Shown here: positions 26,790-35,430 of the stretch, piece after piece
Layout of the letters: each line of letters begins with the position of its first letter
Position numbering within the stretch: the first letter of the stretch is position 1
IMG/VR virus record: IMGVR_UViG_3300044825_003036
Length of the DNA: 64,000 bases
Origin: an uncultured virus (IMG/VR IMGVR_UViG_3300044825_003036)
Taxonomy: Duplodnaviria; Heunggongvirae; Uroviricota; Caudoviricetes
Direction: 5' to 3' (one strand)
The notes under the pieces: model-generated
Database searches by the model: none
The model's input: only the letters and a program-made list of their open reading frames with translations
Told to the model about the DNA's origin: nothing
Position numbers and translations under genes: made by a program

Positions 26790-28676
26790 ATGGCTCAGGA
26801 GAACTTTGACGTAATCGCCCGGCTCCGGCTGGAGGCATCCAAGGGAGCTGGGCAGCTCAAGTCGGCGGGTCGTGACGCTCGTGGTCTCAAGCAAGGGCTT
26901 GATAGCGCCACAAGTTCGGCAGCTGGATTGTGGAAACAGGTGGCTGGGCTCGGCGCGGCGTACCTGAGCTTCAATGCGATCAGCGGGGCAGTCGCGAGCG
27001 TGACGCGTAAGGCGGTGGGCTACACCGCAGAACTCGAAAGGATGGGCGTGGGGCTCACGTCGGTTCTTTCGGCTGTTGAGGGGGTCTCGTGGGAGAAGGC
27101 GGCTAAGCGCAGCGCGCTAGCGTTCGACGTTCTGAAAACCGCTGCGATCGAGTCACCTGCTGGGCCGCAGGAACTGTTCTCGATTTTCCAGGGGATCGTT
27201 GGTCCGATCGAGGCAGCCGGTTTTTCGATGCAGCGGGTATTGGACATCACGACCGACACAGTGTCCGCGGCGTCGGCTCTCCACGTCGATTTCGGGCAGG
27301 CGCAGCGTGACATTTCGCTGATGGTGCGCGGCGCGGCCGGTATGGACGTGAAGTTGTTTTCCCTGCTCCGTTCGACCGGCGCGATCGTCGAGACCACCGA
27401 GGAATGGAACAAGAAGCTCACTCAGGCGGAGCGCGTGAACAAGGTAGCTGCGGCGCTCGCGAGATTCCGCGCTGCGGGTGACAAGTACGCTCACACCTGG
27501 GCGGGCATCACCCAAACCATGGGGGGCATCTTCCAGGAGTTTGGGCGTGCCGCGGTGTCGCCAGTGATGGCTGCGGTGGCTAGCCGACTAGAGCGGCTCA
27601 ATGACTACCTGTTGAAGAACCGAGTCGAGTTCGAAGCCAACCTCACGCGGTTTGGGGACCAGGCAGCGGCGAAGATCGATCGGGTGTTTGCTCGCGCTCA
27701 AGCTGGGTTCGAGTGGACGGTTTCGCATTGGGACCAGATCTTGGCGCGCGCTGAAGTTGTCGGCGAAACGTTGAAACGGTGGGCGCCGTTGGCGCTGGCT
27801 CCTACTGCGCTCAATGCCGGCGGCGCAGTGTTGGGTGCGGCTGGTGGGATTGGTAGCTTTCTGGCTGGCGGCGGCGGTGCTGCGGCGGCTGGTGGGACAG
27901 CGGCTGGCGGGGCTGCAGCTGCGGCGGCTGGCGGTGGTGCGGCGGCGATTGGCGCGCCGGTGGTGGCAGCATTGGCCGGCATTGCTGCAGTTGCAGCGTT
28001 TGCTGGGGACCACCTGCAACTGTTCTCGGAGATCTGGACGAGCATGACCGCAGGCCTGGGCGGGCAGTTGATGGAGCTTTGGGAGTCGCTCAAAGGGGCC
28101 TTCCTGCCGCTGCTCAAGTCGTGGGGCGGAGTATTGAGTGCTGTACTGATCCCGACGCTGCAGCTGGCGGTGTTTGCATTTCGCGGACTGATCAAGGGGT
28201 TGTCTCTGCTGCTCGACGTCGCGGGGGCGGTCTACGGCTACATCTACGACAAGCTTGGCCCTGTGTTTGAAATGGTGCTGGAGCTCTTTACGGCGATGGG
28301 GGAGGGGCTGCGCGAGCTCGGCAAGATCCTGGGGTTCGAGGTCGACCGGATCCGCGGGTTTTCGGTTGAGGACAAGGAGTCGGGGAAGTACGAGGGCGGC
28401 CTGGACCGATTCTTTGAGGAGCACTCCGGCTTCATGCAGCGGCGCCTCAACGGCGACCCGGAGGCGCAGAAGCAGGCCGAGCTGCTCCGTCGAGTGCCGG
28501 CGCAGCGAAGCGTTTCGCAGGTCAACAACGACTTTCGCGGCAGCCGGATCACAGTAAAGCAGGACTTCAAGGGCAAGGCCGACCCGGACCGGATCGTGTC
28601 GGCGATGATGACCGATCTCACGCGCCAAGCAGAGCGCCGCATTTCGTCGGGTTTCCTCCCGGCGTTTTCGCGGTAA
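26790..28676 (+). CDS. Tape measure protein
   Basis: Ala/Gly-rich helical protein of about 628 aa after the chaperones. Confidence 0.85.
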   Translation: MAQENFDVIARLRLEASKGAGQLKSAGRDARGLKQGLDSATSSAAGLWKQVAGLGAAYLSFNAISGAVASVTRKAVGYTAELERMGVGLTSVLSAVEGVSWEKAAKRSALAFDVLKTAAIESPAGPQELFSIFQGIVGPIEAAGFSMQRVLDITTDTVSAASALHVDFGQAQRDISLMVRGAAGMDVKLFSLLRSTGAIVETTEEWNKKLTQAERVNKVAAALARFRAAGDKYAHTWAGITQTMGGIFQEFGRAAVSPVMAAVASRLERLNDYLLKNRVEFEANLTRFGDQAAAKIDRVFARAQAGFEWTVSHWDQILARAEVVGETLKRWAPLALAPTALNAGGAVLGAAGGIGSFLAGGGGAAAAGGTAAGGAAAAAAGGGAAAIGAPVVAALAGIAAVAAFAGDHLQLFSEIWTSMTAGLGGQLMELWESLKGAFLPLLKSWGGVLSAVLIPTLQLAVFAFRGLIKGLSLLLDVAGAVYGYIYDKLGPVFEMVLELFTAMGEGLRELGKILGFEVDRIRGFSVEDKESGKYEGGLDRFFEEHSGFMQRRLNGDPEAQKQAELLRRVPAQRSVSQVNNDFRGSRITVKQDFKGKADPDRIVSAMMTDLTRQAERRISSGFLPAFSR

Positions 28677-28685
28677 GCTGCGGGC

Positions 28686-29960
28686 ATGGCGTTCGGCTTC
28701 GACGAGTTGGTTTCAGCGGGCGCGACGGCCCTTGGCTTCCCGGATCCATTCGGCGCGGCCGGCGGCGGCGTCCCCGGGACCAGTATCGAGATCTCCCAGG
28801 AGGAGGGCGACCCGGCGCGGCGCTTACGGGTGGTGCTGCGCGGGCGCGCGATGCCTTTCGAGCTGGTCGAGTTCGGGGTCGCGCAACGCACCAAGGTCAC
28901 GCGGTATCCCGGTAACCCGGTCGCCACCCAGCAGGTGCTTGGCCCCGAGGAGCTCCCAACGCAGATGAGCGGCGCCTGGTCCAATCGCTACCTGACGGGA
29001 GCCATTACGGTGAACGGCGACGACAAGCGGGTAACGACCGTGCGCGAGGCGGTCGAGCTGTTCGGCTCGCTGTGTCGCTCGGGCAAGCGCGTGCGCGTGC
29101 AGTGGGGTAGCGAGATCCGGACTGGATTGCTCAAGAGCTTCACGCCACGATGGCAGCGTGAGCAGGATGCGACGTGGGAGGTGGAGTGGGAGTGGAGCAG
29201 TCGCAACGATGAAACGACGGCGCGCGGCGCCTCGGGCTTGGACGCGGGTGTTTCCACGGACCTGTTCGCCTATCTGAACCGTGTCGAAGACATTGCCGCG
29301 CTGGTGCCGCTGGCGGCGGAGCTGGCGGCCAGTGCGGTGGCGCAGGTGGTCGACACGATCAACCGGGTCCGCGACGTCGTGAGCGACGTGGTGCAGGTGC
29401 TGCGGATCGCAGAAACGGTCGTGAGCGTGCCGTCCACGGTGTTCGGCGCGGCCAAGGCGGCCGTCACTTCACTGGAGCTCGAAACGTCGGAGCTCGTCCG
29501 GCAGCTCACAACGTCGCGCGCGGGCACCAGCAGCAGCGCGGGCGCGGCGCTTACCGGAGACACGACGTCCCCGCTTTACACGAGCAGCGGCGCGGCCTTG
29601 AACAGCTCAAGCAGCACCCAACAGCTCCAGTTCGAGGTGTGGCGGCGCTCGACGGCGCGCGCGGCGGAGAACCTGCTTTACGCGACACAGCAGCAGGTGG
29701 CGGCGCTCACACGACGGGTGCAGCCGCAGACGGTTCAGACTTACACCGCCAAGGGCGATCAGGACCTCTACGCGATCAGCCGGCAGTTCTACGGCGCGCC
29801 GGACTTTGCCAATTTCCTGGCGGTGGCGAACCGGCTGTCGTCGGTGCGTGTGAAAGCAGGGACTCAGCTACGGATTCCGCCACGTCCGCTCGGCGCGAGT
29901 GCGCGCGTGGATCTCGTGCACTCGCCGAAGCTCTCGTGTGATGCCCGCTGCTCCTGCTAG
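28686..29960 (+). CDS. Tail tube initiator / baseplate protein with a C-terminal LysM-like domain
   Basis: YPG...QVLGP N-terminal domain; YTAKGDQDLYAISRQFYG...AN...AGTQLRIP. Confidence 0.75.
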   Translation: MAFGFDELVSAGATALGFPDPFGAAGGGVPGTSIEISQEEGDPARRLRVVLRGRAMPFELVEFGVAQRTKVTRYPGNPVATQQVLGPEELPTQMSGAWSNRYLTGAITVNGDDKRVTTVREAVELFGSLCRSGKRVRVQWGSEIRTGLLKSFTPRWQREQDATWEVEWEWSSRNDETTARGASGLDAGVSTDLFAYLNRVEDIAALVPLAAELAASAVAQVVDTINRVRDVVSDVVQVLRIAETVVSVPSTVFGAAKAAVTSLELETSELVRQLTTSRAGTSSSAGAALTGDTTSPLYTSSGAALNSSSSTQQLQFEVWRRSTARAAENLLYATQQQVAALTRRVQPQTVQTYTAKGDQDLYAISRQFYGAPDFANFLAVANRLSSVRVKAGTQLRIPPRPLGASARVDLVHSPKLSCDARCSC

Positions 29961-29969
29961 GCTGGGGGC

Positions 29970-31835
29970 ATGACCGTTTTTCGTCCGTCGTGTCGCGTCC
30001 GGGTGCAGTTGCGGATCGATGAGCTGGCGGAGACGGCTGCGGTGCGACGCATGCTGGAGCGCGAGCCGTCGGTGAGCTCGTTTTCGCTGTCGGGCTCGAC
30101 AGTAGCGCCCAAGGCTGGTCTGCGCGCCAACCTGGCGAAACGGTTGCAGTTCGCGAGCGCGGCGGCGCAGGTGCTGCAGGCTGCAGACGCGCGAGACCAG
30201 TCGGCGCTCGATCAGGAGCGTTTGGCGTACCAGCGGAAGCTCGTGGCCTCCACCGAGGCGCAGAGCAAGCCGGCGGGGTTGATCGAGAACCCCAACGACG
30301 AGCGGAACGTGCTGTTTGAGATCTTGCCCGAGGGCGCCAAGGTGTCGCGTAACGGGCTACAGGACGCGGACACGGCGGAGGTGACGCTGGATTTCCGGGA
30401 CATCCCAATCGATCCGCGGGTGATTCGCTCGGCGCTGGTCTCGATTGCGATCGGGACGGTGTCTGCCGACGACTGGGCGCTCGGGGTTGAGCAGCAACGC
30501 GTCCGCGACACGGATGGGTCGCTGCTGTCGCTGGTTGAGCGTTCACCCGGCGAGGAGCTCCAGTTCAACTCGCCGTCCACGTTCGTCGGGTTCGTTGACG
30601 AATGGCTGGTCGAATACACCGAGGACGGGGATGTGGTGAAACTGCAGTGCCGCGACGTCTCGGCGCTGCTCCGCGACGAGCGGCTCCCAGCAGGCGGCGG
30701 CGTCGATATGCACTTGCCGATCGATCAGGGCGTGCAGGAGTTGGTTGATCGCTTCCCAGCGAGCCGCGGGTTGCGGGTGGTGTTTGGCGCGCCGAAGGAC
30801 CCGCTGGATCCGTTGCGCGAAGTGGTCGCTACGATCCCGCCTCCGGTTCCCGACGACAGCTTGCCCGACCTGTACAAGCCGAAGGTCGGAACGAAGGGTA
30901 GGCGCAAAAAACGTACGGAGAAGGATGAGTCGGTGTGGGACCACATCTGCAAGATCACGCTGCAGACGGGGCTCGTCCCTGTGCTCCGCGGGTTCACTCT
31001 TTTTTTGAGCGAACCGCGGGTGATCTTCTCGCAGCTCGCGGCCGCGCGGCGGATGGTGTGGGGGCGCAATTTGAAGCGGCTCAGCTTTGCGCGGAAGCTT
31101 GCGGGGCGACGCAACGACACGATCGAGGTGCGGTGCCCCGACCCCTCGATCGGGCGCACGCTGTGGGCTCGTTACCCGGTGGTCGGTGACGAGCCGCGCT
31201 CCGGTGTGCTCGGGCTGGCTGGCTCCCCGCAGCCGGTGGTAACGCGCGCGAACAACGTCACGCCCAACGGGCTTGGGACGGAGACGGTGCGAATTATGAC
31301 GGTGCGTTCGGTTACGGACTTGAAGGCGCTGGAGCGGATCGCGGAGTCGGTGTTCGAGCAGGAGGCGCGCCAAGAGGTGGAGGGCTCATTCGAGACTGAC
31401 GAGATCTCGTCATTCGACGACGACGGGAGCGGCGACTTGCTGTCGTTGCAGGCGGGCGAACCGATCACGATCGAGGTGGCCCCACCGGCCGAGCTGGCTG
31501 TGCCTGAGGCTACCGACGGCGGGACGTCGCGCGCGGTGACTGGGTCGTCACTGCAGGAGTTGCAGGCGCAAAGCGCGGCGCAGCGTCAGCAGTACCTGGA
31601 GGGGCTGGGGATGTCCCCGCAGACGTCGCGGCGGCTCGCGGCGGCGCAGGAGCAGGTGGCGCTGCTCACGACGTTCCGCGCGGGCAACGTCAACCTGACG
31701 TGGTCAGCCGACGAAGGGATCGCAATCGATGCCGACTTCCACAATTTCATCGTGGTCCGCGATGGCGGTGGCGCGGTGACTGCCCCGGCGTCGGAGTCGT
31801 TGACTCAGAGCGTCCGCACCTTGGGGGCGCGGTGA
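29970..31835 (+). CDS. Baseplate hub protein (P2 gpD/Mu gp44-like)
   Basis: Position; FVGFVDE...LQCRD and WGRNL motifs. Confidence 0.7.
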   Translation: MTVFRPSCRVRVQLRIDELAETAAVRRMLEREPSVSSFSLSGSTVAPKAGLRANLAKRLQFASAAAQVLQAADARDQSALDQERLAYQRKLVASTEAQSKPAGLIENPNDERNVLFEILPEGAKVSRNGLQDADTAEVTLDFRDIPIDPRVIRSALVSIAIGTVSADDWALGVEQQRVRDTDGSLLSLVERSPGEELQFNSPSTFVGFVDEWLVEYTEDGDVVKLQCRDVSALLRDERLPAGGGVDMHLPIDQGVQELVDRFPASRGLRVVFGAPKDPLDPLREVVATIPPPVPDDSLPDLYKPKVGTKGRRKKRTEKDESVWDHICKITLQTGLVPVLRGFTLFLSEPRVIFSQLAAARRMVWGRNLKRLSFARKLAGRRNDTIEVRCPDPSIGRTLWARYPVVGDEPRSGVLGLAGSPQPVVTRANNVTPNGLGTETVRIMTVRSVTDLKALERIAESVFEQEARQEVEGSFETDEISSFDDDGSGDLLSLQAGEPITIEVAPPAELAVPEATDGGTSRAVTGSSLQELQAQSAAQRQQYLEGLGMSPQTSRRLAAAQEQVALLTTFRAGNVNLTWSADEGIAIDADFHNFIVVRDGGGAVTAPASESLTQSVRTLGAR

Positions 31836-32572
31836 CGAGCGCGCGCGTGCGGCGTCCGGCAGACGCTCAGCGATTGAGCGAGCTGGTGGCACGGCCAGGG
31901 ATTGACCCTCGCACGTGGGTGTCGGCGGCGCGAGTGGATGCGCACTCTCGGCGCTGGGAATCGGCATACGGTTGGGTGGTGGACGTCACGTTCTACGGCG
32001 GCGGCTTGGACGAGCCTGAAGTGACGGCGCGCGTCCTTGGAACTGGGCCGACTGGAGACGGCTGCGGGGAGTATCTGCCCCCCAGTGACGGCGTCGAAGT
32101 GCTGGTGGGACTGCCTGACGGTGACCCGGATGGCGGTCCCGTGGTGCTCGGGGTGCTGCGCAACCAGTCCGAGCAACCCCCAGCTGAGATCCATGGACGG
32201 CCGATTGACGGCGCGGCGGAGGCGAGCACCGAGCTCAAGGTCTCGCCCTTCGATACCGAGCTCAAGGTCTCGCCGCATTCGCGGCGCGAGCAGTACGCGG
32301 GGGCGCTGGCGGTCGCGGCGGAGGCAATTTCGCTGATCGGTCGCGTGAATCTGGCGTCGGAAGAGTCTGGCCAGTCGGCGGTGCGCGGTGACGACTTGGT
32401 GGACGCCTTGGGCACGCTGCTCGATGGGCTCGACGTTATGGCGGCGGCGTTCGCGGGCATGACGGGCCCGCTGGCGCCGTTTCAAGCCGTGGGCGCCAAT
32501 TTGTCGCAGGCGTTGCTGCAGGCGCGCCAAGGGCTTGCGGTGGCGCTCAGCGAGCGCGTGAAATTGGACTGA
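31832..32572 (+). CDS. Baseplate spike (gpV/gp45-like OB fold)
   Basis: GEYLPPSDGVEVLVGLPDGDP...VVLG; AVRGDDL; SERVK end. Confidence 0.75.
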   Translation: MTSARVRRPADAQRLSELVARPGIDPRTWVSAARVDAHSRRWESAYGWVVDVTFYGGGLDEPEVTARVLGTGPTGDGCGEYLPPSDGVEVLVGLPDGDPDGGPVVLGVLRNQSEQPPAEIHGRPIDGAAEASTELKVSPFDTELKVSPHSRREQYAGALAVAAEAISLIGRVNLASEESGQSAVRGDDLVDALGTLLDGLDVMAAAFAGMTGPLAPFQAVGANLSQALLQARQGLAVALSERVKLD

Positions 32573-32593
32573 GGCGGTGATAGCCTGTTGCCC

Positions 32594-34051
32594 ATGTTTC
32601 GGATTGACCAAGCTGGGCTGACGACGGGGGTCTCGGGGCGGAGTCGCACGGACGGGCTGCTGAACGGGGCGCTGGTGACGCTGACCAACACGTCGGGCGG
32701 GACTACGCTGTTTCGCCTGTTGTGGGTGGCGGTCGGGGACACGACGGCGGTGGCGTCCCTGGCGCCGAACTCGCCAGGGAGTAACGTGTGGACGTTCTCG
32801 CCAACGGCGAACCGCCCAGGGACGTATCGGATCGAATTGATCAAAGATCAGGGTCTGCCAACCGAGAGTAAGCGCGAGCTGGTTTTCCGCGTCCGGACGG
32901 CGGTGCGGGGGATAGCGATCCCGGCGCTGAACGAGCGTGCGGATCCAAAGGCATCGCTGCTCAACAATGGACCGGAAGTGGTCGAGGCATCGGCGGACAA
33001 CGCGACTGACTACGGGGACGCGGCCCTGGCTGCGCTCGACTATGCGGGTTGGCTGCGTGCCGTCCATGAGCTGATTGTGATCGTTGACGCGATCACGGGC
33101 GGGGGGGGCTCGGCGGTCGTGAACAACGTGGCGGCTGGGCTTGCTCCTGCAACGACGTCGGCGCCGTTTGCGTCGGTGCTTGGCTACACTGGCGGGGCAA
33201 AGACTGGCGCCTGGGTCGTTCCGCGGGATGCGCGGATCTACCCTGTGGGATCTGGGTACGGGCAGTACGCGACGATCCACGACGCGCTCGCAGCGATCGC
33301 GGCGGGCACGGCTCCGAGTCGCGACGACCGGGCGCAGATCCTGGTCTATCCGGGGCTCTACACCTCAGTGACGCCCTACGTGATTCCGGCATTTGTGGAG
33401 GTGGCCGGGGTCTCCAAATTCACGGTTGAGTTGTACAACACCACCACGGATCTGTTCGACATCCAGGGGGACAACGTCCACTTTACTAATTTCCTCATCC
33501 GAGGGGCTCCAGCGCCATCGCTGGTGGCCTTCAGGTGCAACGACCACAGCGCGATCCACGTCAGATATGTGGACATGCTCCACAACAACGAGCTGAGCAC
33601 CCAGAAGTTCCTGGTCCAGTCCGGTTCGAACTGGAAAATCCTGTTCTTGGAACACCTGGTCATCGATAGCTGGAGGACGACTGCCGGCTATCTGATCCAG
33701 CTCAGCAACACGGCCAGCGCCGCGCGCTTCTGCGACGTGATCGTCAACGACGTGTTCGCGGACACCTTCCACCTGACGGACTATGGCGGGGAGTTCTTGC
33801 TGGAAGGGTGCCAGGATGTCCGTTTCGGAGATTGCACCCTTCGGGGCATCGCGGTGTACCACACCGCGGTGTACGTCAAGCGGTTGAGTGGGCAGACGGG
33901 CACCCCGGAGTTCTTGATGCGGAACTCTTATTGCCAGGGGGCGGTCACTCTATGGGCAGAGGCGAACTGTAGCTACACGCTCGTCAACTCAGATTGTGTC
34001 GGAGCCAACACTCCGGCGGGCACCCGCACAGTGAGGAATAGCGCGACGTGA
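32594..34051 (+). CDS. Putative tailspike/fibre with a C-terminal pectin-lyase-like beta helix
   Basis: YATIHDAL...ILVYPGLY capping motif followed by beta-helix-like repeats. Confidence 0.65.
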   Translation: MFRIDQAGLTTGVSGRSRTDGLLNGALVTLTNTSGGTTLFRLLWVAVGDTTAVASLAPNSPGSNVWTFSPTANRPGTYRIELIKDQGLPTESKRELVFRVRTAVRGIAIPALNERADPKASLLNNGPEVVEASADNATDYGDAALAALDYAGWLRAVHELIVIVDAITGGGGSAVVNNVAAGLAPATTSAPFASVLGYTGGAKTGAWVVPRDARIYPVGSGYGQYATIHDALAAIAAGTAPSRDDRAQILVYPGLYTSVTPYVIPAFVEVAGVSKFTVELYNTTTDLFDIQGDNVHFTNFLIRGAPAPSLVAFRCNDHSAIHVRYVDMLHNNELSTQKFLVQSGSNWKILFLEHLVIDSWRTTAGYLIQLSNTASAARFCDVIVNDVFADTFHLTDYGGEFLLEGCQDVRFGDCTLRGIAVYHTAVYVKRLSGQTGTPEFLMRNSYCQGAVTLWAEANCSYTLVNSDCVGANTPAGTRTVRNSAT

Positions 34052-34109
34052 AGCGCTGGTGACCAGGAGAATCCCGTGATAGGGTTTTTCCCGAAGGAGT
34101 TCCTGGGAA

Positions 34110-34961
34110 ATGAACAGACTTACTGAATTGGGCGCGGAGCGGCTCGCAGGAGCCGGCGACTGGGTGGCGATGAACGGTCGGGCGGCGCTGCTCGATCTCT
34201 CGGTCACGGATACGCACGTGAAGGCGATCACGGGGGTGAGCACGGCGACCCCTGCGGTGGTCACCGTTGGTTCGACGACTGGGTGGGCCGTCGATGACGT
34301 GGTGGCGATCTACAACGTGGGCGGCACCCTCAACACCAACCAAACCTTCAAGATCAAAACGATCCCAAACGGCACAACGTTCACGTTGAAGACGTTGGAG
34401 GACGGCCTGGACGTGGTCGGGACTGGCACCTACACGTCGGGCGGCGTCGTGGTGAACCTGAGTAAGCTGGACATCGTTGGCGACGTCAACGCTTGCCGGG
34501 TTGGCTCGGATGCGACGGTCAGTTCGAAGACCCAGACATCTGGGAATTTGGGTTGCGGGGCGATCAACTGGGCAGCGTTCACCGGCTCGTTTACGGCGAT
34601 GCTGATCTCCGAGCTGATCACTGACGACACCGATTCCAACCCACTGATCTGGGTCGATGGTCGAATCAAGGTGACGGTGGCGGCTGCGGCGTCAACGTCG
34701 GCAACGTCGATCGCGGTGCAGCGATTGAGCGCGCCGATTCCCAACGGCACGGTGCTCCGATTTTCCAACGGCATCGCGGCGACACTGACCGCTGCAGCAG
34801 CTGCGGGGGACCGCACGTTGACGTGTTCGGCTCTTTCCGGGGGTATCGCGGTTGGTCATGAGGCGGAACCTTACAAAACGTCTCCCGGCTTTCCGGGCTC
34901 CAGTTCCGGGAGCTCGTTTTCGGTCACGTTCGACAACAATCTGATTTTGACTCGAATCTGA
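34110..34961 (+). CDS. Phage structural protein with an FCCH-like inserted domain
   Basis: ITGVSTATPAVVT...GWAVDDVVAIYNVGG...N...F.L...G.YTSGG; SD GAAGGAG. Confidence 0.65.
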   Translation: MNRLTELGAERLAGAGDWVAMNGRAALLDLSVTDTHVKAITGVSTATPAVVTVGSTTGWAVDDVVAIYNVGGTLNTNQTFKIKTIPNGTTFTLKTLEDGLDVVGTGTYTSGGVVVNLSKLDIVGDVNACRVGSDATVSSKTQTSGNLGCGAINWAAFTGSFTAMLISELITDDTDSNPLIWVDGRIKVTVAAAASTSATSIAVQRLSAPIPNGTVLRFSNGIAATLTAAAAAGDRTLTCSALSGGIAVGHEAEPYKTSPGFPGSSSGSSFSVTFDNNLILTRI

Positions 34962-35052
34962 GCATTGCTGGGCCTCCCCCGGAGTGGCTGGGGCCAAGTA
35001 TTAGGGTCCCTAGCCGTGCCGCTGGGGGCCCTTTGCTGTTTTTGGGCGCAAG

Positions 35053-35430
35053 ATGAAAGCTTGGAACCTCAACCCTCGGTCAGTCGCAAAGCTGATGCCA
35101 GCTGGCTCCACGCTGGTTGTCGTCGAAATTGATTGCCCATGTGGCTGCGGGGTACCGTTCGCGTTGCCCCCGATTGCCGGGTTTACGCCGCCAGCGGCGG
35201 GGGCTGTGCTTACGCAGCTGCAGTGGCGGCAGGCCTTGAATGGGTATTCAATCAATCCGATCCATCGGGTACTGAACGGGCTCGATGTGCAGTGCGGCTG
35301 GGACGGCAGGATCGTTGCCGGTCGTATTTTCTATCGCGAAGCAAACGCGGAGGACGACGCCAAGTTCGGTGCCCGTGTGCAGGAGGCACTAGCGAGGATC
35401 GAAGCACGGGAGGTGGCCCGTGGCCGGTAG
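35053..35430 (+). CDS. Small Cys-containing protein (DUF6527-like)
   Basis: CPCGCG...SINP...CGWDGRIVAG. Confidence 0.55.
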   Translation: MKAWNLNPRSVAKLMPAGSTLVVVEIDCPCGCGVPFALPPIAGFTPPAAGAVLTQLQWRQALNGYSINPIHRVLNGLDVQCGWDGRIVAGRIFYREANAEDDAKFGARVQEALARIEAREVARGR

